Below are positions 7,737-17,242 of a stretch of DNA of 64,000 nucleotides, in pieces; the stretch's first letter is position 1, and the number at the start of each line of letters is the position of its first letter. This DNA is from Bernardetiaceae bacterium (GTDB lineage Bacteria > Bacteroidota > Bacteroidia > Cytophagales > Bernardetiaceae), in contig DAISIL010000002.1 in the NCBI GenBank assembly GCA_036822015.1, positions 11,268 through 75,267 on the forward strand, read 5' to 3'. A program made the position numbers and the translations under genes. The notes below the pieces were generated by a model. The model did no database searches. It was not told where the DNA came from and was given only the letters and a program-made list of their open reading frames with translations.

Positions 7737-10700
7737 TTATCCGATGCGCAGCCCGAGTAGGGTGATGTCATCGCGCTGGGCTGTCATTCCCTGGTGTTGA
7801 TCCAGTGCTTGTTCCAGCTGTTGTGCTTGTGCGTGCATGGGCATCGTGTGGAGGTCTTGGAGCCATCTTTTGAGCGTTTGGGTGCCGATCTTTCCCCCCT
7901 CGGCGTTGGACTGATCGCTGAACCCGTCCGAAAACAGGTAAAGTGCCGTACCTGCGGGTAGCTCAAGGGTAGTTGTCTGGAAGGGATACTGCTGGCTGCG
8001 GCGCACCTTGCCACCAATCGACCGCCGAGTACCCCTTACGCTGGCTATCTCGCCCGTGGGCAGGGCATAAAAAAGCGGTCTTTTGGCCCCGCAATAATGC
8101 ACCCGCCGCCGTCCTTCTTCCGTAGCCTGGTTGTCGATGATACACAAGGCGATGTCCATGCCATCGGTGTTGGCTTCTTGCTCCTGGCGCAGGGCAAGGG
8201 CAATTTCGGTGTGGAGCCACTCGAGGATTTGATCGGGGGTGGCGAGTTGTTGTTGGTTGATGGCTTCGGTTAGGAAGGCGTGTCCGAGCATGGACATAAA
8301 CGCGCCAGGTACGCCGTGTCCGGTGCAGTCAGCGACGGCGAAAAAGTTACGGCTTTCTGTTTGGGCAGCCCAATAAAAATCGCCCGAGACGATGTCCTTA
8401 GGACGAAAGAGGACAAAATACTCCTGACAGTACTGCCGGAGTTCTTCGTCTGGTGGTAGGATGGCTTGCTGAATCGTTTGGGCATAACGAATCGAATCTG
8501 TGATGTGGGTGTTTTTGTTGGCGATCAAGCGGTAGGCTCGGATGTTATCCAGGGCAATGGCCGTATAGGCGGCCAGGGTATCGAGCATATCCAGTTGTAG
8601 TTCGGTGTAACTGTGCTGGTGCATACTCTGGACGGTCATTACACCTATGGGCTTGCCTTCCATACACAAGGGCAAGTAAACCAATGACTTGGGAAGAAAT
8701 CCTACCGTAACGGATGCCTGGTGTTCCTGGGGGAGGTCATGGAGAATGATTTTTTGGTTGTCGAGCCAGCAACGAACGGACAACTTATCAGTCTGGTCGA
8801 GCAGATCAAAGTGTTCGGGTAGCTCTTCGCCGTTTTCGATGTACCCCACAAACCTCAAGCGGTCGTTATCGGGTTCGTGTATGCCGATGCCAAACCCGTC
8901 GGCGGGCATGAGGGTATTGACGTGCTGATAGACCGTCTGGATCAGTCGCGTACTATCAAGGATGTTGGTGATCTCTTGCCCGATGTAGCTCAAAATTCGG
9001 ACGTTTCGATAAGACTGCTCAAGGGCTTGCTTCTGGGCTTGTACGGAGGCATTGGCGCGTAGGAGGCTTTCGGCCTGCACTTGTAGCTCTTCTTTTTGGT
9101 GGGTGATTTCGGCGTTGGCTTGTGCCAACTGGTTGGCTTGCGATTGGAGTTCTTCTTTTTGTTGCTGGATTTCGGAGGTACGGGCTTGTACAAGGGCTTC
9201 GAGTTGGTTTTTGTCGCGCTCCAGCCGCTTGATGTTGATTTTGATGACTGCCCATACGCCCAAGCCTGCCAATAAGGCATACATCACATACGCCCAGGGG
9301 GTGGCATACCAGGGTGGCAAAATTTGAAAACTGAAACGTGCCGTTTGTCCTTCTAGCCCGGCGATGTTTTGGGCTTGTACCTCAAAGGTATAGTCGCCCG
9401 CCGACAGGTTGGTATATTCTTTTTGGGTTTTGTCGTCCCAACTTGACCAGTCTTTTTCTAATCCTTGCAGCCGATAGCGGTAGCGGGTTTGTTGGCTGAA
9501 ACGCATCTCGGGGGCCGCAAATGAAAAGCGCAAGGCATTCCGATCCGGGGGTAGGACGAGCTTTGCCCGACCTGGGGCATCCACGCCCCCAAACAGCAAG
9601 CTATCTTCGGTGGTCATCCATTCTACCCGCCGGATATGTGGCATGGGTGGGCGCAAGTCCGGAAACTTGCGTTTGGTATCCAGTACCAGGAAGCCCTCTT
9701 CTACGCCCCAAACCATCTGCCCGTTGGAGAGCATCTTGGTCGTATTGAAACTTTTGATGGTGTGCAGGGGATGAACGATGTCGGTTTGTTTGGCATAACT
9801 TTCGCCTTGCCTGGCGATCACCCCTTTTTCTCCCTCCACGCGATACCAAAGTTTGCCCTCTGGGTCTTGGTAGAGATCGAACACCTTAGCCGTTCCTAGC
9901 AGGCTTTGCAACAAAGAATCGGGCAGAAAGCGGTCTTGCTCGGGGCTGTAGGCATACACGCCGGCGTTGGTGGTGGCCAGCAGGCGATCCCCAAAAACGC
10001 AGATGTTGTTGTCGAGGCTGTCGGGTAGTCCTTCGGATACGCTGTAGTTTTTCACTTCCAGGAGGCTATCGTAGGCATCATCGAAGCGCAAGCGAAACAA
10101 ACCCTTATCGCGGTGCCGGGCCCAGAGGTAGCCCTTCCAGGCGGTGAGGTTGTAGGCCAGGTAAGGATAGGCGGGGTAGCTTTTTTCAGACCACTGCTCG
10201 CTGTTGGCTTGTCGTTGGATGCGGGATAACTCGCGGGATCGTGCCACCAAAAAGTTCATGCCGTCGGGCTGCTGGGGTGGCAGGGGGAGGACATTCCAGG
10301 CGACGATCTGTTGGGGGGTCTTGAGTTTTTCTGCTCGGCTTTGCTGTACGGCAAAGATGCCCAGGTTGTGTCCGTAGTAGATCGTATCTCGGAGTTGGCT
10401 CGAGGAGAGGGCGTAGCCTTTGGTCTCATCCAGGCGGGTGAAAGTAGGGATTTGCCCTTCCTTGCCCGGGTAGTCGGCTTGATAGATACCAAAGGTAGTG
10501 CCGAGGTAGAGTTTGTTTTGCTCGGGCAGATAATCGACCGTTAGGCCGCGGCCCTCGATGCCCTGGGCTTCGTAGATGGTGAAGTAGGGCAGGGAGAGAT
10601 ACACACAACTGATGCCCTTATCGGTGGCTAACCAGAGGTTTTGGTCGCGATCCAGGGCAAGCCCGTAGATGACGCTGCTGGGCAGTCCGTTGTTTTTGTG

Positions 10701-11618
10701 GAAATGCTGCTGGATGTTTCCGCTTTCGTCGAGGATGAACAAGCCGTTGGTCAGCGTCGCGACAGCAATGCGCCCTTCGGGTAAGGGCAAAGCATAATAG
10801 GCGCGGCTGTCGTACATCTGCTTCTGGGCCGCAAAAGCCAGGGTGTCTATCGCTTGGGTTCGGGGATCCAGGCGCAGTAGTCCTTCTCTGTTAAGTAAGG
10901 CGAGAAGGCGACCTTGGGCATCCAGAAAAAGCCCATAAGCGGCATTAAAACCAAAGATGCCCTCCGGTACGAGCGGTTGGAGTTGGTTGGTCTCGGGATG
11001 AAAGCGAAGCAGCCCCAGGTCAGTATCTCGGACATAAAACACCCCCTCCACCATAAAAGCCATGTGAAAACGGCGGGTTTTGCCCGGTGGTCGAAAGACC
11101 GTAAACTGCCCATCCTGGTAGATCAGTACCGCTTCGTTGAGCCGAAAATAGGCCCGCTCCCGATCCGTGAAAATCTGCCATACATCACCGAAGTTGCGCA
11201 GCGAGTCGGGCAAGAGTGGCAGCAGCGAGACATACCGTAGGGTGTGTGTGCTGTCGGGGCGCAAGAGACCCAATTCACCCTTTGCCCCCACAAAAACCTC
11301 CCCTTGTGGGGATACGGCCACGGACTTGACGACGCTCTTGTTGGTCGTTGGGTAGCGTCGCCAACGCTGTCCATCAAACTCCAAGACCCCCGCGTTGTTG
11401 CCCACATACAAAAAACCGTTGTTGCTCTGGGCGATGCACCAGTTTTGAGAATCTCCGCCGTAGTCGTTGGCTAAGAAATTCTGTATCAGAGGTATTCCAG
11501 CTTGTTGGGCAAAAGCCCCACATCCAATCCCCCACACCAAATATCCAAAGAGTAGTAGTCGTTGTCCCATGCACGATTTTGCTAGCCCGAAATATAACAA
11601 AGTCGTTCGGTTTGGCAA
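7737..11618 (-). CDS. Giant sensor serine phosphatase: signal peptide + two-component-regulator beta-propeller repeats + Y_Y_Y domain + TM helix + coiled coil + GAF-like domain + PP2C/SpoIIE
   Basis: Repeated propeller blocks, the YRYRLQGLEKDWSSW...YTFEVQAQN Y_Y_Y motif, one TM helix (YVMYALLAGLGVWAVI), a coiled coil, and the PP2C motif KDIVSGDFYW...DCTGHGVPGAFMS. An alternative start is possible at nt 11570. Confidence 0.8.
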   Translation of the reverse strand: MPNRTTLLYFGLAKSCMGQRLLLFGYLVWGIGCGAFAQQAGIPLIQNFLANDYGGDSQNWCIAQSNNGFLYVGNNAGVLEFDGQRWRRYPTTNKSVVKSVAVSPQGEVFVGAKGELGLLRPDSTHTLRYVSLLPLLPDSLRNFGDVWQIFTDRERAYFRLNEAVLIYQDGQFTVFRPPGKTRRFHMAFMVEGVFYVRDTDLGLLRFHPETNQLQPLVPEGIFGFNAAYGLFLDAQGRLLALLNREGLLRLDPRTQAIDTLAFAAQKQMYDSRAYYALPLPEGRIAVATLTNGLFILDESGNIQQHFHKNNGLPSSVIYGLALDRDQNLWLATDKGISCVYLSLPYFTIYEAQGIEGRGLTVDYLPEQNKLYLGTTFGIYQADYPGKEGQIPTFTRLDETKGYALSSSQLRDTIYYGHNLGIFAVQQSRAEKLKTPQQIVAWNVLPLPPQQPDGMNFLVARSRELSRIQRQANSEQWSEKSYPAYPYLAYNLTAWKGYLWARHRDKGLFRLRFDDAYDSLLEVKNYSVSEGLPDSLDNNICVFGDRLLATTNAGVYAYSPEQDRFLPDSLLQSLLGTAKVFDLYQDPEGKLWYRVEGEKGVIARQGESYAKQTDIVHPLHTIKSFNTTKMLSNGQMVWGVEEGFLVLDTKRKFPDLRPPMPHIRRVEWMTTEDSLLFGGVDAPGRAKLVLPPDRNALRFSFAAPEMRFSQQTRYRYRLQGLEKDWSSWDDKTQKEYTNLSAGDYTFEVQAQNIAGLEGQTARFSFQILPPWYATPWAYVMYALLAGLGVWAVIKINIKRLERDKNQLEALVQARTSEIQQQKEELQSQANQLAQANAEITHQKEELQVQAESLLRANASVQAQKQALEQSYRNVRILSYIGQEITNILDSTRLIQTVYQHVNTLMPADGFGIGIHEPDNDRLRFVGYIENGEELPEHFDLLDQTDKLSVRCWLDNQKIILHDLPQEHQASVTVGFLPKSLVYLPLCMEGKPIGVMTVQSMHQHSYTELQLDMLDTLAAYTAIALDNIRAYRLIANKNTHITDSIRYAQTIQQAILPPDEELRQYCQEYFVLFRPKDIVSGDFYWAAQTESRNFFAVADCTGHGVPGAFMSMLGHAFLTEAINQQQLATPDQILEWLHTEIALALRQEQEANTDGMDIALCIIDNQATEEGRRRVHYCGAKRPLFYALPTGEIASVRGTRRSIGGKVRRSQQYPFQTTTLELPAGTALYLFSDGFSDQSNAEGGKIGTQTLKRWLQDLHTMPMHAQAQQLEQALDQHQGMTAQRDDITLLGLRIG

Positions 11619-11700
11619 AACGCCGCTCCCTGCGTCTGCTTTTGGTCTTCTGTACAGTTTTGGGTATCTTTATGTTTGTTGAACCAAAATACGTCCTCCC

Positions 11701-12390
11701 ATGCTGCGCCTGCTCTTATTGTTGCTCTTGTGTTTGCCTGTTTTATCGCTTGTCGCCCAGGAGGATGACCCTTATCGGATGCAATCGCGCACCAACACCA
11801 CCCTTCCGGCTTTCTTGTACACCTACGACGAGGGCAAAAACGAGATTCAGGGCAGCCCGTACCGCCACGAGGAGTGGCTCGAAGGAAAGGTCTTTTTTGA
11901 GGATGACACGGTAGCTACCCGGATGCGCTACCACGTCATGAATGATGATTTGATTGTGGTACATCCCCAGCTTCGGCAGCATTACCTCGTCGATAACTCG
12001 GCCGTGATGGGTTTTCTCTGGTACTATCAGGGGCTGGAGCAGCCCTTTGTTCGCCTCGAAAATGTCCTACCCGAGCTGGGTATGAGTGGGTTTTGGGAGG
12101 TCTTGCATCAGGGGGAGGTTTGGCTCCTGGCCAAATACCGAAAACAATTCTTGAAAGCCGACTACAAAGACCCCTTTGGGGCCGGACGCACCGGAGACCG
12201 CATCACCGATAGCCCGACACAGTTTATGCTTTATGACGAAGAAAACAAGCAGCTTTTCAAAAAATGGAAGGGATCCGATAGCGACTGGAAAAAACTGCTC
12301 GGCAAAGCCTCCTTTGAGCGCATCAAAGACATCCCCGACCGAAACACCCCCCTGGGGATGCAAGCTGCGCTGCGGCGGGCAAAAAAATAG
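11701..12390 (+). CDS. Secreted hypothetical protein (signal peptide, no recognised domain)
   Basis: MLRLLLLLLLCLPVLSLVAQ signal peptide. Divergent from the upstream sensor gene. Followed by a hairpin terminator. Confidence 0.45.
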   Translation: MLRLLLLLLLCLPVLSLVAQEDDPYRMQSRTNTTLPAFLYTYDEGKNEIQGSPYRHEEWLEGKVFFEDDTVATRMRYHVMNDDLIVVHPQLRQHYLVDNSAVMGFLWYYQGLEQPFVRLENVLPELGMSGFWEVLHQGEVWLLAKYRKQFLKADYKDPFGAGRTGDRITDSPTQFMLYDEENKQLFKKWKGSDSDWKKLLGKASFERIKDIPDRNTPLGMQAALRRAKK

Positions 12391-12420
12391 GGCATCAAAA
12401 AGATTTGATGCCTATTTCTC
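12391..12420 (+). terminator. Putative intrinsic terminator (9-bp stem GGCATCAAA/TTTGATGCC, 4-nt loop, T-rich tail)
   Basis: ggcatcaaa-aaga-tttgatgcc followed by tatttctcttc, immediately after the stop at 12390. Confidence 0.4.
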
Positions 12421-12539
12421 TTCTCCTATCCTAAAAACTATTTTTCTTCAAAGGAAAGGAAAATACCTATTGCCACCTAGCCCAAGTCGATCAAGGGCAA
12501 TAAAGCCTCGGCTAATCGGTCTTTTTGCTCGACAAAAAA

Positions 12540-15500
12540 TCAGAAGCGCATCCCGATTACCAGTACGTCGTCTGTTTGTGGGCGGCTGCCTTTCCATTGC
12601 TTGAAGGCTTTTTCTAGGATTTCTTTCTGCTCGGCCATGCTTAGGTAGCTGAACTCCTCCAGCAGACCACGGAAGCGATGGGAGAGAAACTTACTGCCAT
12701 CGTCGCCCCCAAACTGATCGGGTAGCCCGTCGGTGAAGATATAAAATTGATCGCCTGGCACAATGGCTATCGTGTGGGTATCAAACTGCTTGTCTTTGTA
12801 GCGATCAGCATTACCGATCGGGAACTTACTTCCCTTGATTCGATTGATTTTCTGATCGCGGATGTAATACAAGGGGTTTTTGGCACCCGCAAACTGCATC
12901 TGCTCTTTTTCTTTGTCAATGACGACCAGAGACATATCCATGCCGTCGCTGCGCTTGGCACTTCCGGCAGAGGCCGAAAAGACATAGGCCAGTTCTTCAT
13001 CCAGGGCGGAGAGAATCTCGCCGGGGTTTTCTAGTCCCTTGCGCTCCACGACGTTGTTGATGATCGTGTTGGCCATGACGGTCATGAAGGCCCCCGGTAC
13101 GCCGTGTCCGGTACAGTCGATGGCCGCCAAAAAGAGCAGATTGTTTTTTTGGTACGACCAATAAAAATCACCGCTCACCACATCCTTGGGGTAGTACATC
13201 ACAAAAGCATCCTCAAAATAGCTGATGATCTTTTGGGGCGGGGGCATGATGGCATACTGAATCCGCTTAGCATACTGGATGCTATCCGAGAGCCGCTGAA
13301 AGGAATCTTCTAGCTTGGTGTTTTTTTCTTCGATCTCTTTGAGGTGCCGCGATTTTTCAAAAGCCGTGATGGCATACTCCCGAAATCGCAAGATTTTTCT
13401 CAAGCCATGGGCATCAAAGTCGGGGGTGCTGTCGTACTCAAAAAATATCAGGGCTTCCAGGACACCCTCGGAAAGCAACGAAATGACCAGCGAAGTCTTG
13501 CCTGCCGGCAACCCAAAAAGGGCAACCGGCGGGGTGTTGTCCACCAAGAAGAGATGCTCCTTAGGATAAGACTCCTCCCCTCGGTGGCAGTAGTTCATCA
13601 TCGCGCCAAAGTTTACTGTTTCCTCCGGCACAAGGTCAGGATCGAAGCCATAATGGCGAATCAGTTCAAAATGAAAGTTCTTTTCATCGAATGTCGTAAA
13701 GAAACCGCGTTTGGCTCCCTCAAACAACCCTGTTCCCTGCTCGAGCAAGACCTGAAATAAGGTCTCGAAGGATACCTCTTGATTGATGATGTGGGCGATG
13801 CGATCTACCTGGGCCAGCTCACGATCCTGCGCACGCAGCAGTTGCTCACGTTGGATGGCATCCCTGATTTGTCCTTCTACTTGTTGGGTCAGTCTTTGCT
13901 CTTTGCGTTTCAATCGCTGGATGTCGAAGCGATAAATACCCAGGGCTAGGGCAATGATAGAGAGCAGAATCACCGACCAGAACAGTTTGGTCTCATAAAA
14001 AAACGGGACAATTTCGAGGGAGATACTGGCCTCATTGAGGTTCCAGATGCCGTCGGCGTTGGCTGCCGTAAAGCGAAAAGTATAAGTGCCGACGGGTAAG
14101 TTGGTGTAGATTGCCTGGGGTTCGCCTACGGTCTGGTGCCAGTCTTCTTCAAAACCCTCGAGGCGATAGCGGGTCTTGATGCGGTGTACGGCCTCAAAAC
14201 TAATGGCATCAAACTGAAAGACAAAACGCCTGCGATCGGTCTTGAAGCGCAGTTTTTGTTGGCTCCTCCAGCGCACGTCGTTGCCTACACCATCGACGAT
14301 GAGCGTATGAATTTTGAGTGAAGGCGGCACTTGATTGATCGGTATTTCGCGTAGATTGAAGCTACTCAACCCTTTATTGGTGGGTATCCAGAGCTTGTCG
14401 TCCTGGTCGATGACCAGGTTGGGCTGCATCCCGAAGGCGCAATCACTGCTGCGCATTCCATCGCCTTCGTCATAGATCACCCATCCCGCTTGCTCCTCCC
14501 GAAGGAGTTCGTCATAAGCCACGCCAACGATTCCTCGGTTGGTGCTCATCCAAAGTTGGGACTTCTCGTCGGCGATCATGCCGTAGATGCTCCGGCTCAA
14601 GAGCGGATCGCTCCCGCTCAAATCTATGATCTGCTCCTCCCTGACCAAAGCCAACCCAGACTCTGTCCCCACAAAAATCTGGTCTGTTTCCTCCCCTGGA
14701 ATTGACCAAAGACAGAGCGCGACATTGCTCGGCAAGCCATCTTCGGTACTGAAAGACAATAAGTTGCCGTTGGCGCGATAGGCATGAACGCCCCCGCCGC
14801 TGGTGGCTATCCAGAGCGTACCATCCTGGGTCTGGTGCAGGTCGTTTACTTCTGTGTTGTAGAGTTCGGTGGTCGGGATCAGGAGCGTAAACTGCTGCTC
14901 GGCGTAGTAACCCACGCCTTGCTGGCCGGCAAGCCAGATGCCTCCCGCCTGCCGTTTATCCAGTGCTGTAACCTCTTGTCCTACCCAGGCTGGGGCAGGA
15001 ATGGGTATTAAGTCGTCCCTTGTCGTTGCCCCAAACAAACCTTCCGTAGCCGTTCCTATCCAGATGCTGCCCGCTGCATCGCGGGTCATGGATCGGATTT
15101 TATCTGAGAGTAGAGGAACAAACGCGCCTTCGCGGAGCGCAAAAAGCCCTTCGGTGGTACCGGCCCAGATGTCGCCTTGGGGCGTTTGGATGACCAGGCT
15201 TGCTCCCGTGGGGGGAAGTCCTTCGGTGGTGTCGTAGTTATCAAATTTGCCATCGCGGAGGCGAGCCAGTCCGGCGCGTTCAAAGCCCAGCCAAAGCCCG
15301 CCCTCGCGGTCTTCGAAGATCGCCCGAACGTGATTGGCGGGTAGCCCCTGGTCAATGTCTAAGCGATCAAAGTTTTGTTTATCTGCATTGTACCGGAGCA
15401 AGCCCTCGCCTTGCGTCCCGACCCAGCACGTCCCGTAGCTATCTCGGTAGAGGCTTGTAACGAAGGTATTGCGTAGCTGCGTGGTGGTGTTTTGCCGATG

Positions 15501-16217
15501 GTTCCAGGCGATAAGCCCCTTGCGTGTTCCGATCCAAAGGACAGAATCACTGACCGGCAGGAGTTGGGTAATGGTGGGATGGGGTAAGTCGAGTTTGATT
15601 TTTTGGAGGCGGCCATCACGATATTGGCACAAGCCCGCCTCGGTGCCAACCCAGATGCCGTCTTTGGTAACGCTAAGGGATTCAATGCGATCAGAGGGCA
15701 GCCCATCGCTGCGCTTGAACGTCTTCCAGGCCAGCCCATCCCAGAGGGAAAGTCCGAAGGTAGTGCCTACCCAGAGGTCTTTTTCGTGGTAAGCCAGGCA
15801 CAAAACGGCGTTATCGGCCAGCCCGTCCTGGGTGGTCAGGGAACGAAAAAAACCTTGTTGGACTCGGGTAAGACCCCCGCCGAGCGTCCCGACCCACAGC
15901 CCGCCCTCCTGCCGTGGCAAGAGCCGCTGGATGCGACTTGATCGGAGGGTGCTTTGCTTGTTTTGGTCTTTGTAAAAAACTTCAAAGAGGTGGTTATCAA
16001 AACGCACCAGCCCGTTATTTGTGCCGATCCAAAGGTAACCTTCGCTGTCCTGGAGAATATCGGTGATGGTGCTATGAGGTAGCCCGTTGGTTTGTGTCCA
16101 GGTCTGGATCAAGAACTGGGAGAGGGGCTTATCCGGAGGCAGGGCTTGGGCCCACGTCCAGGGGGCGATCCAGGCGAGCCAGCATACATACCACCAAAGA
16201 TTTTTTTTTCCTTTCAC
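12540..16217 (-). CDS. Giant sensor serine phosphatase (paralog of 7737-11618): signal peptide + beta-propeller repeats + Y_Y_Y + TM + coiled coil + PP2C/SpoIIE
   Basis: WIGT/WVGT propeller repeats, the Y_Y_Y block YRLEGFEEDWHQ...YTFRFTAANADG, one TM helix, and the PP2C motif KDVVSGDFYW...DCTGHGVPGAFMT. Confidence 0.8.
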   Translation of the reverse strand: MKGKKNLWWYVCWLAWIAPWTWAQALPPDKPLSQFLIQTWTQTNGLPHSTITDILQDSEGYLWIGTNNGLVRFDNHLFEVFYKDQNKQSTLRSSRIQRLLPRQEGGLWVGTLGGGLTRVQQGFFRSLTTQDGLADNAVLCLAYHEKDLWVGTTFGLSLWDGLAWKTFKRSDGLPSDRIESLSVTKDGIWVGTEAGLCQYRDGRLQKIKLDLPHPTITQLLPVSDSVLWIGTRKGLIAWNHRQNTTTQLRNTFVTSLYRDSYGTCWVGTQGEGLLRYNADKQNFDRLDIDQGLPANHVRAIFEDREGGLWLGFERAGLARLRDGKFDNYDTTEGLPPTGASLVIQTPQGDIWAGTTEGLFALREGAFVPLLSDKIRSMTRDAAGSIWIGTATEGLFGATTRDDLIPIPAPAWVGQEVTALDKRQAGGIWLAGQQGVGYYAEQQFTLLIPTTELYNTEVNDLHQTQDGTLWIATSGGGVHAYRANGNLLSFSTEDGLPSNVALCLWSIPGEETDQIFVGTESGLALVREEQIIDLSGSDPLLSRSIYGMIADEKSQLWMSTNRGIVGVAYDELLREEQAGWVIYDEGDGMRSSDCAFGMQPNLVIDQDDKLWIPTNKGLSSFNLREIPINQVPPSLKIHTLIVDGVGNDVRWRSQQKLRFKTDRRRFVFQFDAISFEAVHRIKTRYRLEGFEEDWHQTVGEPQAIYTNLPVGTYTFRFTAANADGIWNLNEASISLEIVPFFYETKLFWSVILLSIIALALGIYRFDIQRLKRKEQRLTQQVEGQIRDAIQREQLLRAQDRELAQVDRIAHIINQEVSFETLFQVLLEQGTGLFEGAKRGFFTTFDEKNFHFELIRHYGFDPDLVPEETVNFGAMMNYCHRGEESYPKEHLFLVDNTPPVALFGLPAGKTSLVISLLSEGVLEALIFFEYDSTPDFDAHGLRKILRFREYAITAFEKSRHLKEIEEKNTKLEDSFQRLSDSIQYAKRIQYAIMPPPQKIISYFEDAFVMYYPKDVVSGDFYWSYQKNNLLFLAAIDCTGHGVPGAFMTVMANTIINNVVERKGLENPGEILSALDEELAYVFSASAGSAKRSDGMDMSLVVIDKEKEQMQFAGAKNPLYYIRDQKINRIKGSKFPIGNADRYKDKQFDTHTIAIVPGDQFYIFTDGLPDQFGGDDGSKFLSHRFRGLLEEFSYLSMAEQKEILEKAFKQWKGSRPQTDDVLVIGMRF

Positions 16218-16269
16218 AAAAGCGCGTTCAAGACCAGATAAAACCCTCCAAAAGCCGTGCTAAAAAGTA

Positions 16270-17235
16270 TCAGTTTTTTGATTTGTTGGGGTCGGGTCGT
16301 GAAATAACAATGGGGAATTTTTCGTTGATGATGCCCAAATCACGGCAGGCAGCCTCGGAGATTTTGATGAGTAGATTTTGGTTGTCGTTGATGTCGGGGA
16401 AATGCCCAATCACTCGGACGGTGCAGTAGCGGCCGTTGCTTTCGTTGTGTACCCGAATAAAACTCCCCACGGCCGCCGATCGGTGTAGGGCAATGCGCTG
16501 ATCGCTTTCGCGTTGCTGCCGGATACGCATACCCACCCCGGACTCGTACATCAAATCCTGGGGATCATCTTTGAGCGGTTGGTGTGCCATCAGGGGGGCT
16601 GATACGCGCTCGGATGGCTCTGCGACCCGTAAGATGATCTTGAGGACTTGCCCTTGATGGATGGACATATCGCCTAAGTTGTTGTCCTTCTGGATGTCCT
16701 GCCACTGTACGCCATATGTCCGAGCGATGCCATAAAGGGTCTCTCCGGCCGCAACGGTATGCCAGCTGGTGTGGGTAAGGGGGCTGACAGGCTGGGCTGG
16801 GCGGAGCATCCAATCCGGTACATCGAAGAAGTCCTTGTGTATCACGTCGGTCATCACGAGGAGCGGCTGCCCCACGCGGAGCGTATCGCTGCTCAGTTGA
16901 TTGAGGGCAATGATCTGGGCCATATCCATCCGATACTTTTGGCAGAGATAAGTAAGGGTTTCGCCTGCCTTGACGCGGTAGCCCTTGATTTGTGCTTGTC
17001 CGTCGTTGAGGCTGGGCGTGGTATTCGACTTGGGGACGTAGATGATCTCTCCGCGCACCAGTCCATGTTCGAGCGTGCCAGGGTTGGCGCGCATCAGTTG
17101 CGCCACATTGACGCTGTACGTGCGGGCGATGGTCAGGAGGTCTTCCCCTGATTGGACACGATGCTGGTGATAGCTGGTCTGTGCGGTCGCGATGGACACC
17201 CAAAGGAATAAAGCCCAACAGATTCTCATATCCAT
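16270..17235 (-). CDS. LysM-repeat peptidoglycan-binding protein with C-terminal RlpA-like double-psi beta-barrel domain
   Basis: Three LysM-like blocks (GEDLLTIARTYSVNVAQL, KAGETLTYLCQKYRMDMAQI, AAGETLYGIARTYGVQWQDI), then GSFIRVHNESNGRYCTVRVIGHFPD...LIKISEAACRDLGI, which matches the RlpA DPBB domain. Confidence 0.7.
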   Translation of the reverse strand: MDMRICWALFLWVSIATAQTSYHQHRVQSGEDLLTIARTYSVNVAQLMRANPGTLEHGLVRGEIIYVPKSNTTPSLNDGQAQIKGYRVKAGETLTYLCQKYRMDMAQIIALNQLSSDTLRVGQPLLVMTDVIHKDFFDVPDWMLRPAQPVSPLTHTSWHTVAAGETLYGIARTYGVQWQDIQKDNNLGDMSIHQGQVLKIILRVAEPSERVSAPLMAHQPLKDDPQDLMYESGVGMRIRQQRESDQRIALHRSAAVGSFIRVHNESNGRYCTVRVIGHFPDINDNQNLLIKISEAACRDLGIINEKFPIVISRPDPNKSKN

Positions 17236-17242
17236 AATTTGT

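Noticed and set aside
11348-11914. 188-aa plus-strand ORF spanning the divergent intergenic region at 11619-11700
   Set aside because: It overlaps the 5' ends of two well-supported divergent genes and crosses their promoter region. Cys/Arg-rich nonsense composition.
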